DNA of 64,000 nucleotides from Bacteroidales bacterium (GCA_017615595.1 JAFZZT010000050.1:76002-140001); one strand, 5' to 3'. Shown: positions 1-9,027, numbered from the stretch's first letter. Numbers and translations are program-made. The notes: generated by a model from the letters alone, not told the origin.

Positions 1-82
1 TGCCATACTTTTTACAGTTTATCTATTAAGGATTTTTAATTTTATGTACAGATTTTTTTCCGACAAAGAATTAACTTTTTAG

Positions 83-90
83 TATCTTTG
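83..90 (+). promoter_or_regulatory. Bacteroidota-type -7 promoter box TATCTTTG upstream of the 147-5333 operon
   Basis: Exact TAnnTTTG match 57 nt upstream of ATG 147. No TSS data. Confidence 0.45.
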
Positions 91-146
91 CCGTCTATAA
101 ACATTGTTTGCAAAAATACTAAATTTCAAAATATACGGAGGCATTT

Positions 147-1772
147 ATGAAAAAACAATTTCTTATCGCAGCAACCTTCATGGCATTACTCCTTTCATCT
201 TGCATGACAGGGAATTATGCTTTCTACGATGATGTCTATTCCACCTCAAATGACACCCAGTACAAGGCTGCAGCCGTGTCTCAGGCCACTGCAAAAACCA
301 CGGAGTTGCAGCCCGACTCCATCGTCTATGAATACGACGAAGATGGAAATTTGCTGAGAACTCAGACCTTCTATCCTGGTCAAAGCGAGCCCGTCATCAC
401 CAATTATGTGGCGGAAACCAGCAATTATAATTTCACCAGTACCTATTCTGATGATGATTATTACGATTATTATTACACCTCCCGCCTTCGCCGGTTCCAC
501 ACAAACCTGAATTGCGGATGGGGCTATTATGATCCCTGGTTCACCAACACTTATTGGTATGACTACAACCCTTACAACTGGGGTTACAGCATCTATTTAG
601 GCTACAACTGGTGGTGGCCGAGCTACTATGTTCGTCCTTACTACTATGGTTACAACTACTGGGGCTTCAATTATGGTTGGGGCTGGGGTTATTACGACCC
701 GTTCCACTACCATCATCTGCACCCTTGGCATCACCACGGACACTTCGGTCCTTACGACTACTGGAACCACCCGGGAAGCCACTGGGCCAGCAACTGGTAT
801 CACAACAACCACGACCAGAACAACACCTACCACTATGGTCATCGCGAGAGTGTCGGACCGTCCGTAGGCAATGGCCGGGGCAGAAACAACAACTCAGAGC
901 ACGACTTGTTGTCTTCCAACTACATCAACAATGACAACAACAACCACTACTCTACCGTCAGCTCCCCCTCGTCTTTCAACCAACAGTATCAGACGATGGC
1001 CGCTTCTTACAGCCCGTCCGGAGCATCCTCCCATGCAGCGGTGCGTTCTAATGACAACTCCAACACCCACAACACGACCACTTCCAGAACAGATGTGAGC
1101 GCCTCCACGCCCGCCCGTACTACCAGCACTCCTGCTACCACACCGACCACAACCCCGTCTAGGACGACAACCACCTCTCCTGCCACAACGACTCCGTCCA
1201 GAACAACGACAACTACTACGACTCCGTCCAGGACGACCACGCCTGCCACAACGACGACTCCGTCCAGAACCTCCACAACTGCACCGCAATCCACGAGCAG
1301 ACCTGCCTCTTCCAGCACTGCCAGACCTGCCACGACTACTATTATCAGATCTTCCAACGGAACTACCAGAACGTCAACATCCACTCCTTCTTCAAATTAC
1401 AACAATGGAAGTTCATCCAATTCCCGCAGCAGCTACACGCCCAGCAGTTCTTCCTCTTCCAGAAGCAGTTACACACCCAGCAACTCTTCTTCCAGCTCCC
1501 GCAGTGGCTATACGCCCAGCAGTTCTTCTTCCTCGAGAGGCAGCTACAACAGCTCTTCTTCCAGCTCTCGCAGCAATTATAGCCCGAGCAGCTCTTCCTC
1601 CTCACGAGGCAGTTACAATAGCGGGACTTCTTCCAGAAGCAGCTACAGCGGATCCTCGTCCAGTTCCAGAAGCAGCTATAGCGGTTCATCCCACAGCAGC
1701 AGTGGATCCTCGCACAGCAGCTCCTCACACAGCAGCAGCTCCTCTTCCCACAGCGGAGGCGGACACAGATAA
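147..1772 (+). CDS. Low-complexity lipoprotein of unknown function: Tyr/Trp/Asn/Gly/His-rich block, then Thr/Pro-rich tract, then Ser-rich SSSSSR-x-Y repeats
   Basis: ATG at 147. Signal peptide with lipobox (MKKQFLIAATFMALLLSSC). Composition seen directly, e.g. YNWWWPSYYVRPYYYGYNYWGFNYGWGWGYY and HYHHLHPWHHHGH. First gene of a tight operon. No family recognised. Confidence 0.7.
   Translation: MKKQFLIAATFMALLLSSCMTGNYAFYDDVYSTSNDTQYKAAAVSQATAKTTELQPDSIVYEYDEDGNLLRTQTFYPGQSEPVITNYVAETSNYNFTSTYSDDDYYDYYYTSRLRRFHTNLNCGWGYYDPWFTNTYWYDYNPYNWGYSIYLGYNWWWPSYYVRPYYYGYNYWGFNYGWGWGYYDPFHYHHLHPWHHHGHFGPYDYWNHPGSHWASNWYHNNHDQNNTYHYGHRESVGPSVGNGRGRNNNSEHDLLSSNYINNDNNNHYSTVSSPSSFNQQYQTMAASYSPSGASSHAAVRSNDNSNTHNTTTSRTDVSASTPARTTSTPATTPTTTPSRTTTTSPATTTPSRTTTTTTTPSRTTTPATTTTPSRTSTTAPQSTSRPASSSTARPATTTIIRSSNGTTRTSTSTPSSNYNNGSSSNSRSSYTPSSSSSSRSSYTPSNSSSSSRSGYTPSSSSSSRGSYNSSSSSSRSNYSPSSSSSSRGSYNSGTSSRSSYSGSSSSSRSSYSGSSHSSSGSSHSSSSHSSSSSSHSGGGHR
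1104..1280 (+). repeat. In-frame imperfect tandem repeats encoding T/P/S/R units (TTPSRTTT-like)
   Basis: Translation reads STPARTTSTPATTPTTTPSRTTTTSPATTTPSRTTTTTTTPSRTTTPATTTTPSRTSTT. The unit acgactccgtccag(a/g)ac recurs. Confidence 0.75.
1417..1769 (+). repeat. About 8 imperfect in-frame tandem units (33-39 nt) encoding R-(S/G)-(S/N/G)-Y-x-x-S(4-6), ending in an H/S-rich tail
   Basis: Translation reads SRSSYTPSSSSSSRSSYTPSNSSSSSRSGYTPSSSSSSRGSYNSSSSSSRSNYSPSSSSSSRGSYNSGTSSRSSYSGSSSSSRSSYSGSSHSSSGSSHSSSSHSSSSSSHSGGGHR. Confidence 0.8.
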
Positions 1773-1823
1773 ACCACACAAGATAATCACAACATCAGTA
1801 AAAACTATTAACACCATAAAAAA

Positions 1824-3263
1824 ATGAAAAGAATTCTTGTTTTCGCCTTGAGCCTTTGCTTTTTCAGCACCATGATAGGCCAGAATGATTACGAAGCCTT
1901 TCTTTTTTCCCAGAATGACTATGTCGGCACAGCCCGATATATGGGTGCCGGCCGTGCATTCGGCGCAGTCGGTGGGGACTTCTCAGCCCTGTTGAGCAAT
2001 CCCGCCGCCATCGGCCTCTATAAGAAATCCGAGGTTTCTTTCACCCCGATGTCTCTTTCCATTTTGCAAAACGAAGCCTCTTACTATGGCAACTCCCGCA
2101 ACAGCAAAAAGATGAAATATGCCGTTCCCCAAGTCGGCTTGGTCCTCAGCTCCTCCATCAACCGCGAGAACTCCAACTGGCGCTACTGGCACTTCGGATT
2201 CGGCTATAACAGACTGAAAGATTATAACAATTCCTATGGTGTAGAAGGCATTTCTCCGTCTTCCTTCTCCGACCCGTTGCTGGACGCTGCCAACAGCTCC
2301 GCCTCTCTGGGTCTGGACGCCCAACTGGCTTATGACACCTGGGTACTGGATACCATCCCTGGCAACAACTCCCATTACTGGAGCCCGTTCCACGACAAAG
2401 ACATTGCCCAGAACGCTACTGTGAAGACCTCCGGGGCATTGGATGAGATCGCCATCAACTTCGGCGGCAACTACAACGACCAACTCTTCATCGGCGCCGG
2501 CCTTGGCATCCCCATCTTGGACATCACGCAGCATACCATCCTCAACGAATCTCTGGCCAGTGGCGAAGCTGCAGGCGGCATCACTGATTATTCAGTGGTC
2601 ACCAAACAGCGCAACACCGGAGCTGGCATCAACTTCAAATTAGGCTTGATCTATCAGCCTGTCAGTTTCTTCCGCTTCGGCTTAAGCTTCCAGACTCCTT
2701 CTTTCTTCTGGAAGATCAAAGACTCATACTATCGTTCCTTCTCCTCTGACTGGACAGACAACAGCAACGAATTCTCCGATTACAACAACCTCTATCACTT
2801 CGGCCTGACCACCCCGTTAAAGGCAAATTTCAGTGCCGCCTTCATCATCAACAAACGGGCGTTCGTCTCCGCAGAATACGAGCTCACCGACTACTCTCTG
2901 GCCAAACTCTCTGCAGACGACTACAGTTTCAGCACGGAGAATGACAACATCATTGCCAAATACGGACTCGGTCACTCCTTCCGCATTGGCGGCGAAGTAG
3001 CCCTTTCACAGATGCTCTACCTGCGCGCAGGTTACAACTTCAAACTGTCTCCCTACAAATTGGCTGATGACAAGAGCGTTGGCAGCGCCCACTACGCTTC
3101 CGCCGGCTTTGGCATCCGCGCCAAAAGAGTATTCTTTGATATGGCATACGTCTTAGGCCTGTCCAAGGATGACATCTGGCTCTACAACGCCAACTATGTG
3201 GATCCAGCCCGCGTGAGCAACACCTACCACAGAGTCCTGGCCACCATCGGCTTCAAATTCTAA
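1824..3263 (+). CDS. Outer-membrane beta-barrel protein, FadL/TodX/PorV-like
   Basis: Signal peptide. N-terminal GTARYMGAGRAFGAVGGDFSALLSNPAAIG signature typical of FadL/PorV-type barrels. Alternating beta-strand pattern. C-terminal ...ATIGFKF with terminal Phe. Confidence 0.6.
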   Translation: MKRILVFALSLCFFSTMIGQNDYEAFLFSQNDYVGTARYMGAGRAFGAVGGDFSALLSNPAAIGLYKKSEVSFTPMSLSILQNEASYYGNSRNSKKMKYAVPQVGLVLSSSINRENSNWRYWHFGFGYNRLKDYNNSYGVEGISPSSFSDPLLDAANSSASLGLDAQLAYDTWVLDTIPGNNSHYWSPFHDKDIAQNATVKTSGALDEIAINFGGNYNDQLFIGAGLGIPILDITQHTILNESLASGEAAGGITDYSVVTKQRNTGAGINFKLGLIYQPVSFFRFGLSFQTPSFFWKIKDSYYRSFSSDWTDNSNEFSDYNNLYHFGLTTPLKANFSAAFIINKRAFVSAEYELTDYSLAKLSADDYSFSTENDNIIAKYGLGHSFRIGGEVALSQMLYLRAGYNFKLSPYKLADDKSVGSAHYASAGFGIRAKRVFFDMAYVLGLSKDDIWLYNANYVDPARVSNTYHRVLATIGFKF

Positions 3264-3267
3264 TCCG

Positions 3268-4059
3268 ATGGCACGGCGTATCTTTTGCATGTTCCTCATT
3301 ATCATAGTCGCTCTTAACGCTTTGGCGCAAGGGCGACATTCTTTTATATCGCAAAAATACGACCATTTTACCACCGACATTCAAGAAAATATCTACGGAT
3401 GGACAAACGACCAGCTCGACCAATACTCCTCGGAAGGAAAGCTCCTCTACCACTACAGCAATCCATCCATGGGCTATATCTCCAAAGTGGATGCAGCCAT
3501 CCCGACCAAAATCATGGTCTATTACGAAGAATCGAATAGCATCGTATTGCTTAACAACAAATTAGCCCCTATCGGCAATCCGATCAACCTGTTTGATTTA
3601 GGCATTCAAAATCCCGTACTGGTCTGCATGTTCGGCATCAACCGGCTGGCCTGCTATAACGAGCAAAACCAGCAACTCATCTTGATAGACCTGGACCTGA
3701 ACCAGACCCATATCATCAACTGCCAATTCGACATGGAGTTTCATCCCCAGCATATCGTGGCAGACCACAACTTCGAACGACTGGTTTTGGTGGATTCCGC
3801 CGCCGGCCTGGCTTTCCACGATCGCTTTGGCACATTCCAAAAATGGATTCCTTATCCAGGTATTCAGCACCTGCAACTTCAGAACAACATTCTCTACTTT
3901 TTACAAGACAAGAATATCTATGCCAACAACTTGGAAGCCCTTTGGTCTCCAGATATGATAGTTGGGTATCACGACATCGTATCCTTTTCAAAGGTTTTGG
4001 GCAACTGGTATTTTTTATACTCGGACGGGTTCATTGATAAAATTTCACTCATCAGATGA
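3268..4059 (+). CDS. Secreted hypothetical protein (possibly beta-rich/propeller-like)
   Basis: Signal peptide MARRIFCMFLIIIVALNALAQG. Starts 4 nt after the upstream stop, and its stop overlaps the next start (ATGA at 4056-4059). No family recognised. Confidence 0.55.
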   Translation: MARRIFCMFLIIIVALNALAQGRHSFISQKYDHFTTDIQENIYGWTNDQLDQYSSEGKLLYHYSNPSMGYISKVDAAIPTKIMVYYEESNSIVLLNNKLAPIGNPINLFDLGIQNPVLVCMFGINRLACYNEQNQQLILIDLDLNQTHIINCQFDMEFHPQHIVADHNFERLVLVDSAAGLAFHDRFGTFQKWIPYPGIQHLQLQNNILYFLQDKNIYANNLEALWSPDMIVGYHDIVSFSKVLGNWYFLYSDGFIDKISLIR

Positions 4060-5333
4060 AAAAAAGTAACTTCAAAAAAACGATTGTATTGGTCATTATC
4101 TTCATCCAGGGCCTTTTCAGTGCTCAGGCATCCTATCTTTTCATCCCGATGGATATGGAGCAGAGCAACCATCTGAAAGCATACGGCATCGCCTACTATG
4201 CCGTTGCCCATCAGATAGATATGAGCTGGCTGCTCAATTACCGCGGAGGCAGCTTCATGTGCGTCTATAACAGCGATGTGGAGAACGAGTGTGTCGTGCG
4301 TGGCGTCTCTTACCAAGTGATCGCCGACCTGTCCGCCCAACAAATTCTGAACGAAATTGCAGCCGTAGAGAACAACATGAACGAGATACGGCTGACTAAA
4401 GAGCCCAAAATCGCGGTTTATTCACCCAAGAACAAGCTGCCCTGGGATGATGCCGTGACACTGGTGCTCACCTACGCGGAGATTCCCTACACCGTCATCT
4501 ATGACGAAGAGGTGATTCAGGGCGAGTTGCCCAAATACGACTGGTTACACCTTCATCATGAGGATTTTACCGGACAATACGGCAAATTCTGGGGACATTA
4601 CCGCAATGCCCAATGGTACGTTGAAGATGTGCAGGAAAATGAGAGCCGGGCTGCTCAACTGGGCTTTGCCAAAGTGTCGCAAATGAAACTGGCTGTAGCC
4701 AAAGGCATTCGCGACTTTGTGGCAGGCGGCGGATACCTCTTCGCCATGTGCTCCGGTCCGGACAGCTATGACATCGCTCTTGCCGCCGAAGGCGTGGACA
4801 TCTGCGACGTCATGTTCGACGGCGACCCTATGGATCCTCAGGCACAAAGCAAACTCAACTATGACAACTGCTTTGCTTTCACAGACTTCCAAATCGTCAC
4901 CAACCCATACGAGTATGAAGTTTCCGACATTGATGTGGACCCCACCACCCATCTGACCAACAAGTCCAACGACTACTTCACGCTCTTTGAGTTCTCCGCC
5001 AAATGGGACCCCGTCCCAACCATGCTGTGCCAGAACCACATGAACGTCATACCTGGCTTTATGGGACAGACCACGGCCTTCCGCAAAGAACTGATCAAAC
5101 CCACCGTGACCATCATGGGTGAGACACAAATCTTCAATGAGGCTCGATATATCCATGGAGAATTCGGACAAGGCACCTGGACCTTCTACTCCGGCCACGA
5201 TCCGGAAGATTACCAGCACCTTATCAACGATCCCCCCACGAATCTGGATCTATTTCCAAATTCTGCAGGCTATCGTCTGATACTCAACAATGTGCTATTC
5301 CCCGCCGCCAAGAAACAGGAACAGAAAACCTGA
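4056..5333 (+). CDS. Secreted conserved hypothetical protein with a class-I glutamine-amidotransferase/DJ-1-like segment. From memory, homologues are often auto-annotated 'asparagine synthetase B'.
   Basis: Signal peptide MKKSNFKKTIVLVIIFIQGLFSAQA. GGGYLFAMCSGPD resembles a nucleophile elbow. HLHHEDFTGQYGKFWG block. Family assignment is from recall only. Confidence 0.45.
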   Translation: MKKSNFKKTIVLVIIFIQGLFSAQASYLFIPMDMEQSNHLKAYGIAYYAVAHQIDMSWLLNYRGGSFMCVYNSDVENECVVRGVSYQVIADLSAQQILNEIAAVENNMNEIRLTKEPKIAVYSPKNKLPWDDAVTLVLTYAEIPYTVIYDEEVIQGELPKYDWLHLHHEDFTGQYGKFWGHYRNAQWYVEDVQENESRAAQLGFAKVSQMKLAVAKGIRDFVAGGGYLFAMCSGPDSYDIALAAEGVDICDVMFDGDPMDPQAQSKLNYDNCFAFTDFQIVTNPYEYEVSDIDVDPTTHLTNKSNDYFTLFEFSAKWDPVPTMLCQNHMNVIPGFMGQTTAFRKELIKPTVTIMGETQIFNEARYIHGEFGQGTWTFYSGHDPEDYQHLINDPPTNLDLFPNSAGYRLILNNVLFPAAKKQEQKT

Positions 5334-5954
5334 TCAGCGGGCACTCTTCTCAATGACGTGCTGAATCTTGGTGGTGAGAATATCTATACCCTTTTCATTC
5401 TCCCCACCGACAGGTATGATAATGTCCGCCTGTCGCTTTGTGGGCTCAATGAAAAGCTCATGCATCGGCTTTACAAAATGCTTGTAGTGCCGAATTGACT
5501 TGTCCAATCCCCTACCTCTCTGCTGCACATCTCGCTGAATAATGCGAATCAAACGCTCATCAGCATCCGTGTCCACAAAAACCTTCAGATCCAGCAGCTC
5601 GCATAACTCCTTGTTGGTGAAAATCAAGATACCCTCTACAATCAACACGGTACTTGGCTTGACGGGGATGGTCTCCTCGCCTCGAGCGCACGTCACATAC
5701 GAATAGGTCGGCATCTGAATCGTATGTCCCGCCTTTAATGCCTGAATGTGATTGTTCAGCAATGAAAACTCAATGGCCGAAGGATGGTCGAAGTTAAAGT
5801 TCTCCTTCTCCGCTTGAGTCAAACTCCCATTATCTTTATAATAAGCATCTTGCGAAAGAACACTGACGCAATCTCTCGGGAATTTTTCCATGATCTTATT
5901 CACAATGGAGGTCTTGCCTGATCCTGAGCCTCCTGCTATTCCTACTACTAACAT
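5334..5954 (-). CDS. udk: Uridine kinase
   Basis: P-loop GIAGGSGSGKTS at the N-terminus. Length 206 aa. Typical Udk sequence throughout. Confidence 0.9.
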   Translation of the reverse strand: MLVVGIAGGSGSGKTSIVNKIMEKFPRDCVSVLSQDAYYKDNGSLTQAEKENFNFDHPSAIEFSLLNNHIQALKAGHTIQMPTYSYVTCARGEETIPVKPSTVLIVEGILIFTNKELCELLDLKVFVDTDADERLIRIIQRDVQQRGRGLDKSIRHYKHFVKPMHELFIEPTKRQADIIIPVGGENEKGIDILTTKIQHVIEKSAR

Positions 5955-6213
5955 GACGAAATGATTTTAGAGGTGCAAACTTACAAAAAAATCCTATTTC
6001 TCTCCATTTTTATGCAGAATTATTCATCCTATACGGAAGCCACACCCCCATCTCTTCCAATGCAATCCTCAAAAGTTAACAATCAACTGAAAACTATGCC
6101 ATAGACACGGCTTGATTTTCAATAAAATACGATTTTATTAAAAAATAATGATTTTTTTCTTGACAAATGCTTAATAGCGTTGTATATTTGCAACGTACTT
6201 ACAACAAACGACT

Positions 6214-9027
6214 ATGACATCTGCACGCACTCGAACAGCACTCACGACACTGCTTTTGGGCCCCATTCTCACCCTCTGTCTAACAATCGGCAACGCACAA
6301 CCACACTGGGGAGGAAAGGAGACCATTCATCATCTGCAAGAAGACTACGACAAAATATCGGACGACTTTGAAGAGGCTTACCACGCATATCCGACAATTC
6401 CGCGGGGAATTCTGGAAGCGGTTTCCTATCAATACCGAAGATTTTCATCAAGAGAGATAGAATATGAAGACAACAATGAGCATACCATTCCCAGAACCTA
6501 CACGGTGATGGGATTAACCGCAAACGGGAAAGGCGTCTTCCGAGAAAACCTACAGCTGGTTGAATCTTTATCATCCTTTTCAAAAGAAGAGATCCTCGAA
6601 AATCCGCGAAGCGCCATCATGGCATACGCAGAAGCATTTGCGGCACTACAGCAAAAGCATCGGTGTTTTTCTGACAGAGTAGAGGAATACTTAAGCATTC
6701 TTATAGAGCTATCAGAATTGCCCTACGCTCACGAGCCCACGTCTTGGATGGACAACTATCCGATCAACAGCTCATTATACGAGATTTATCGATTCTTGTC
6801 GGACAGCAGCATGATCACCTTCACGCATCATCACTGGAGTGTTGACTTTGAATTGCTGTTTGGAGCAGATTTAAACAGGTTGAGAAGAGAGACTCTTGCG
6901 CTTCCTGCCAACGAGCAGGGAACCTTAACATCTCCCGACTATCCTGGGGCCACATGGTTGGGGGCTGCCAGCTGCAACTACACGCAAGGTAGGAACGGGG
7001 CTGCCATAACAGGAGTAACCATCCACTACACGCAAGGCACCTACGCAGGCACGTTGGCTTGGTTCCAGAACTGCAGCGCAAGTGCCTCCGCACATTACAT
7101 TATCCGCTCTTCAGACGGGCAAGTGACACAGATGGTCCGCGAGTGCGATAAAGCATGGCATGTCGGAACAGCCAACAGCTATACCATTGGCGTGGAGCAC
7201 GAGGCGTACGGCAACATCGCCAGCTATTTTACGGAAAACATGTACCAGTCTTCGGCAGCCTTGATCCGCGACATCTGTCAGCGGCATCCAAACATCAACC
7301 CGCACCGCACTTTCTATCGCGACACTCTTGACGACGGGACAGTCCTGAACAATGGCCTGCACAGCCTTGGAGGCTCCACCGCCTGCACTCAAATACGCGG
7401 ACACCAGCACTATCCTAACCAGTCGCACACCGATCCTGGACCCTATTGGAACTGGAACCACTACTACCATCTGATTAACAGTCAGACTTGTATCGTAACA
7501 GACACATCCACTACTGGCACATGGTACGATTCAGGCGGAAACAGCAGTCCTTACAGCCCCAACGAGCATCGACTATTCCTCCTCCATCATCCAGATGCAG
7601 ACAGCATCACCCTGGACTTCAGCCAGTTCGACCTGGAGACAGGCTACGACTTTCTCTGGATTTACAACGGGGACAACCTCTCCGCACCACTTCTCGGAAG
7701 GTGGAACACCTCGTCCCCTAGCCACATCGTCTCCTCAGGCCCCTCTTTGCTGATGGAGTTCCGTTCGGATTGCGCGACTCAAAACGCAGGATGGGAGGCT
7801 CACTGGATATGCCATCAACAAAACAGTCCCTCCATAGTCCCTGACACTTCGCCACCCACCACAGACATCCTCCACGACGACACCGCTTGGGTGACTGGAA
7901 ATTTCTGGTTGCACTTCACCGACACGGACGACCAGCAAATCCGTCATCGGCTTTGGCAAGTGATGGAACGGAATGGGCATGGATGGCAATGCGATCCGCG
8001 ACACGGGTTTCTGTGCGACAACTTCGACAACGAATTAGACACCAGCATTTGGCAGCAAGACGGCCATTGGCACCTGTACAACCAAAAATTGACCTGTTCG
8101 AGCACCCACAACAGCAACCCGCACATCTATGCACGACATCATGACGGAAATGCCGACTGCTATCTGTACGATTTCCTCCTGACCATGTCGGGAGGCGACA
8201 GCTGCTCCTTCTTCTTTCACCTGCAAAAAGACGCTGCCTCGAATCCGTGGGAGGGATATGAAATTTGTTTTGAGAAAAGCAGGCATCGTGCATCAATCTA
8301 TCAACTATCCGAGGGCGCACGCACCTTGCTCGGTCGGAGCAATGCCGTATATATCTCCGACAACACCAGCTATCTATATCGTGTACTTTGGGACACTACC
8401 CACCAACGAATCTCCTTGTTTCGTCACCAGACCTTACTGGCCGAATGCCAGACAGGGAGCACCGGAACAGGGAATCACGAGAGGTTTATTGGCTTTCGAT
8501 GTCATGACCCCATCCAGATCGACAATCTACGGATATATGCCGGCAGGGGCGATTCCATCACCATCTCTGTGGGAAGCGCCGACACCTGCCTCATGCACGC
8601 ACAAGCATCTCAAGGGATGGCAAACTGCAAAATCAAGTCCATCGTCATGGACGAAGCGTTGAACTTTTCCAATTTGGCCGAAAGAAACGTGAAAATAGAC
8701 TACACCCCTCCGCCACCTCCAGTCAGGATAGAGACTTCCTTGGCGACAGGCAACACCTCACGCCTCAAGGGAATTCCAGTTTATGGACAATGGGAAACTG
8801 TCGGGGACAATGAGTCTGGAGTCGCTGGATACGACTACATGTTGCATGTAATCACCTTGCAGCACACCTGTTTGCGAGAAACTATCTTTTCCACCACCCA
8901 CACACACACTATGCCCCAACTGGAGATACCTCTTCAGTCTGCATCCTGTGTACTGTATGTGCGATGTCGGGATCGGGCCGGCAATGTGTCCAACTACGCG
9001 TCAGCCCCTATTCCTTTGAGCCCGTGA
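6214..9027 (+). CDS. Secreted multidomain N-acetylmuramoyl-L-alanine amidase (Amidase_2/AmpD-PGRP type) with a CUB-like domain and C-terminal lectin/Ig-like regions
   Basis: TATATTTG box about 25 nt upstream. Signal peptide. Amidase_2 motifs: ITGVTIHYTQG, AHYIIRSSDG, KAWHVG, GVEHEA, HTDPGPYW. CUB-like pattern at about 7500-7815. Confidence 0.75.
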   Translation: MTSARTRTALTTLLLGPILTLCLTIGNAQPHWGGKETIHHLQEDYDKISDDFEEAYHAYPTIPRGILEAVSYQYRRFSSREIEYEDNNEHTIPRTYTVMGLTANGKGVFRENLQLVESLSSFSKEEILENPRSAIMAYAEAFAALQQKHRCFSDRVEEYLSILIELSELPYAHEPTSWMDNYPINSSLYEIYRFLSDSSMITFTHHHWSVDFELLFGADLNRLRRETLALPANEQGTLTSPDYPGATWLGAASCNYTQGRNGAAITGVTIHYTQGTYAGTLAWFQNCSASASAHYIIRSSDGQVTQMVRECDKAWHVGTANSYTIGVEHEAYGNIASYFTENMYQSSAALIRDICQRHPNINPHRTFYRDTLDDGTVLNNGLHSLGGSTACTQIRGHQHYPNQSHTDPGPYWNWNHYYHLINSQTCIVTDTSTTGTWYDSGGNSSPYSPNEHRLFLLHHPDADSITLDFSQFDLETGYDFLWIYNGDNLSAPLLGRWNTSSPSHIVSSGPSLLMEFRSDCATQNAGWEAHWICHQQNSPSIVPDTSPPTTDILHDDTAWVTGNFWLHFTDTDDQQIRHRLWQVMERNGHGWQCDPRHGFLCDNFDNELDTSIWQQDGHWHLYNQKLTCSSTHNSNPHIYARHHDGNADCYLYDFLLTMSGGDSCSFFFHLQKDAASNPWEGYEICFEKSRHRASIYQLSEGARTLLGRSNAVYISDNTSYLYRVLWDTTHQRISLFRHQTLLAECQTGSTGTGNHERFIGFRCHDPIQIDNLRIYAGRGDSITISVGSADTCLMHAQASQGMANCKIKSIVMDEALNFSNLAERNVKIDYTPPPPPVRIETSLATGNTSRLKGIPVYGQWETVGDNESGVAGYDYMLHVITLQHTCLRETIFSTTHTHTMPQLEIPLQSASCVLYVRCRDRAGNVSNYASAPIPLSP

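Noticed and set aside
1104-1769. Tandem DNA repeats considered as a CRISPR or minisatellite array (likewise 29098-29286)
   Set aside because: The units are imperfect and in-frame, there is no repeat-spacer alternation, and they lie inside ORFs with signal peptides. They are coding low-complexity repeats.
597-1827. Multiple overlapping ORFs in other frames and on the other strand across the low-complexity gene (e.g. 611-934, 894-1289, 1007-1384, 1363-1779, 1405-1827)
   Set aside because: These arise because repetitive, codon-biased sequence lacks stops in several frames. Only the 147-1772 frame has a start with a signal peptide/lipobox, a promoter box and operon context.
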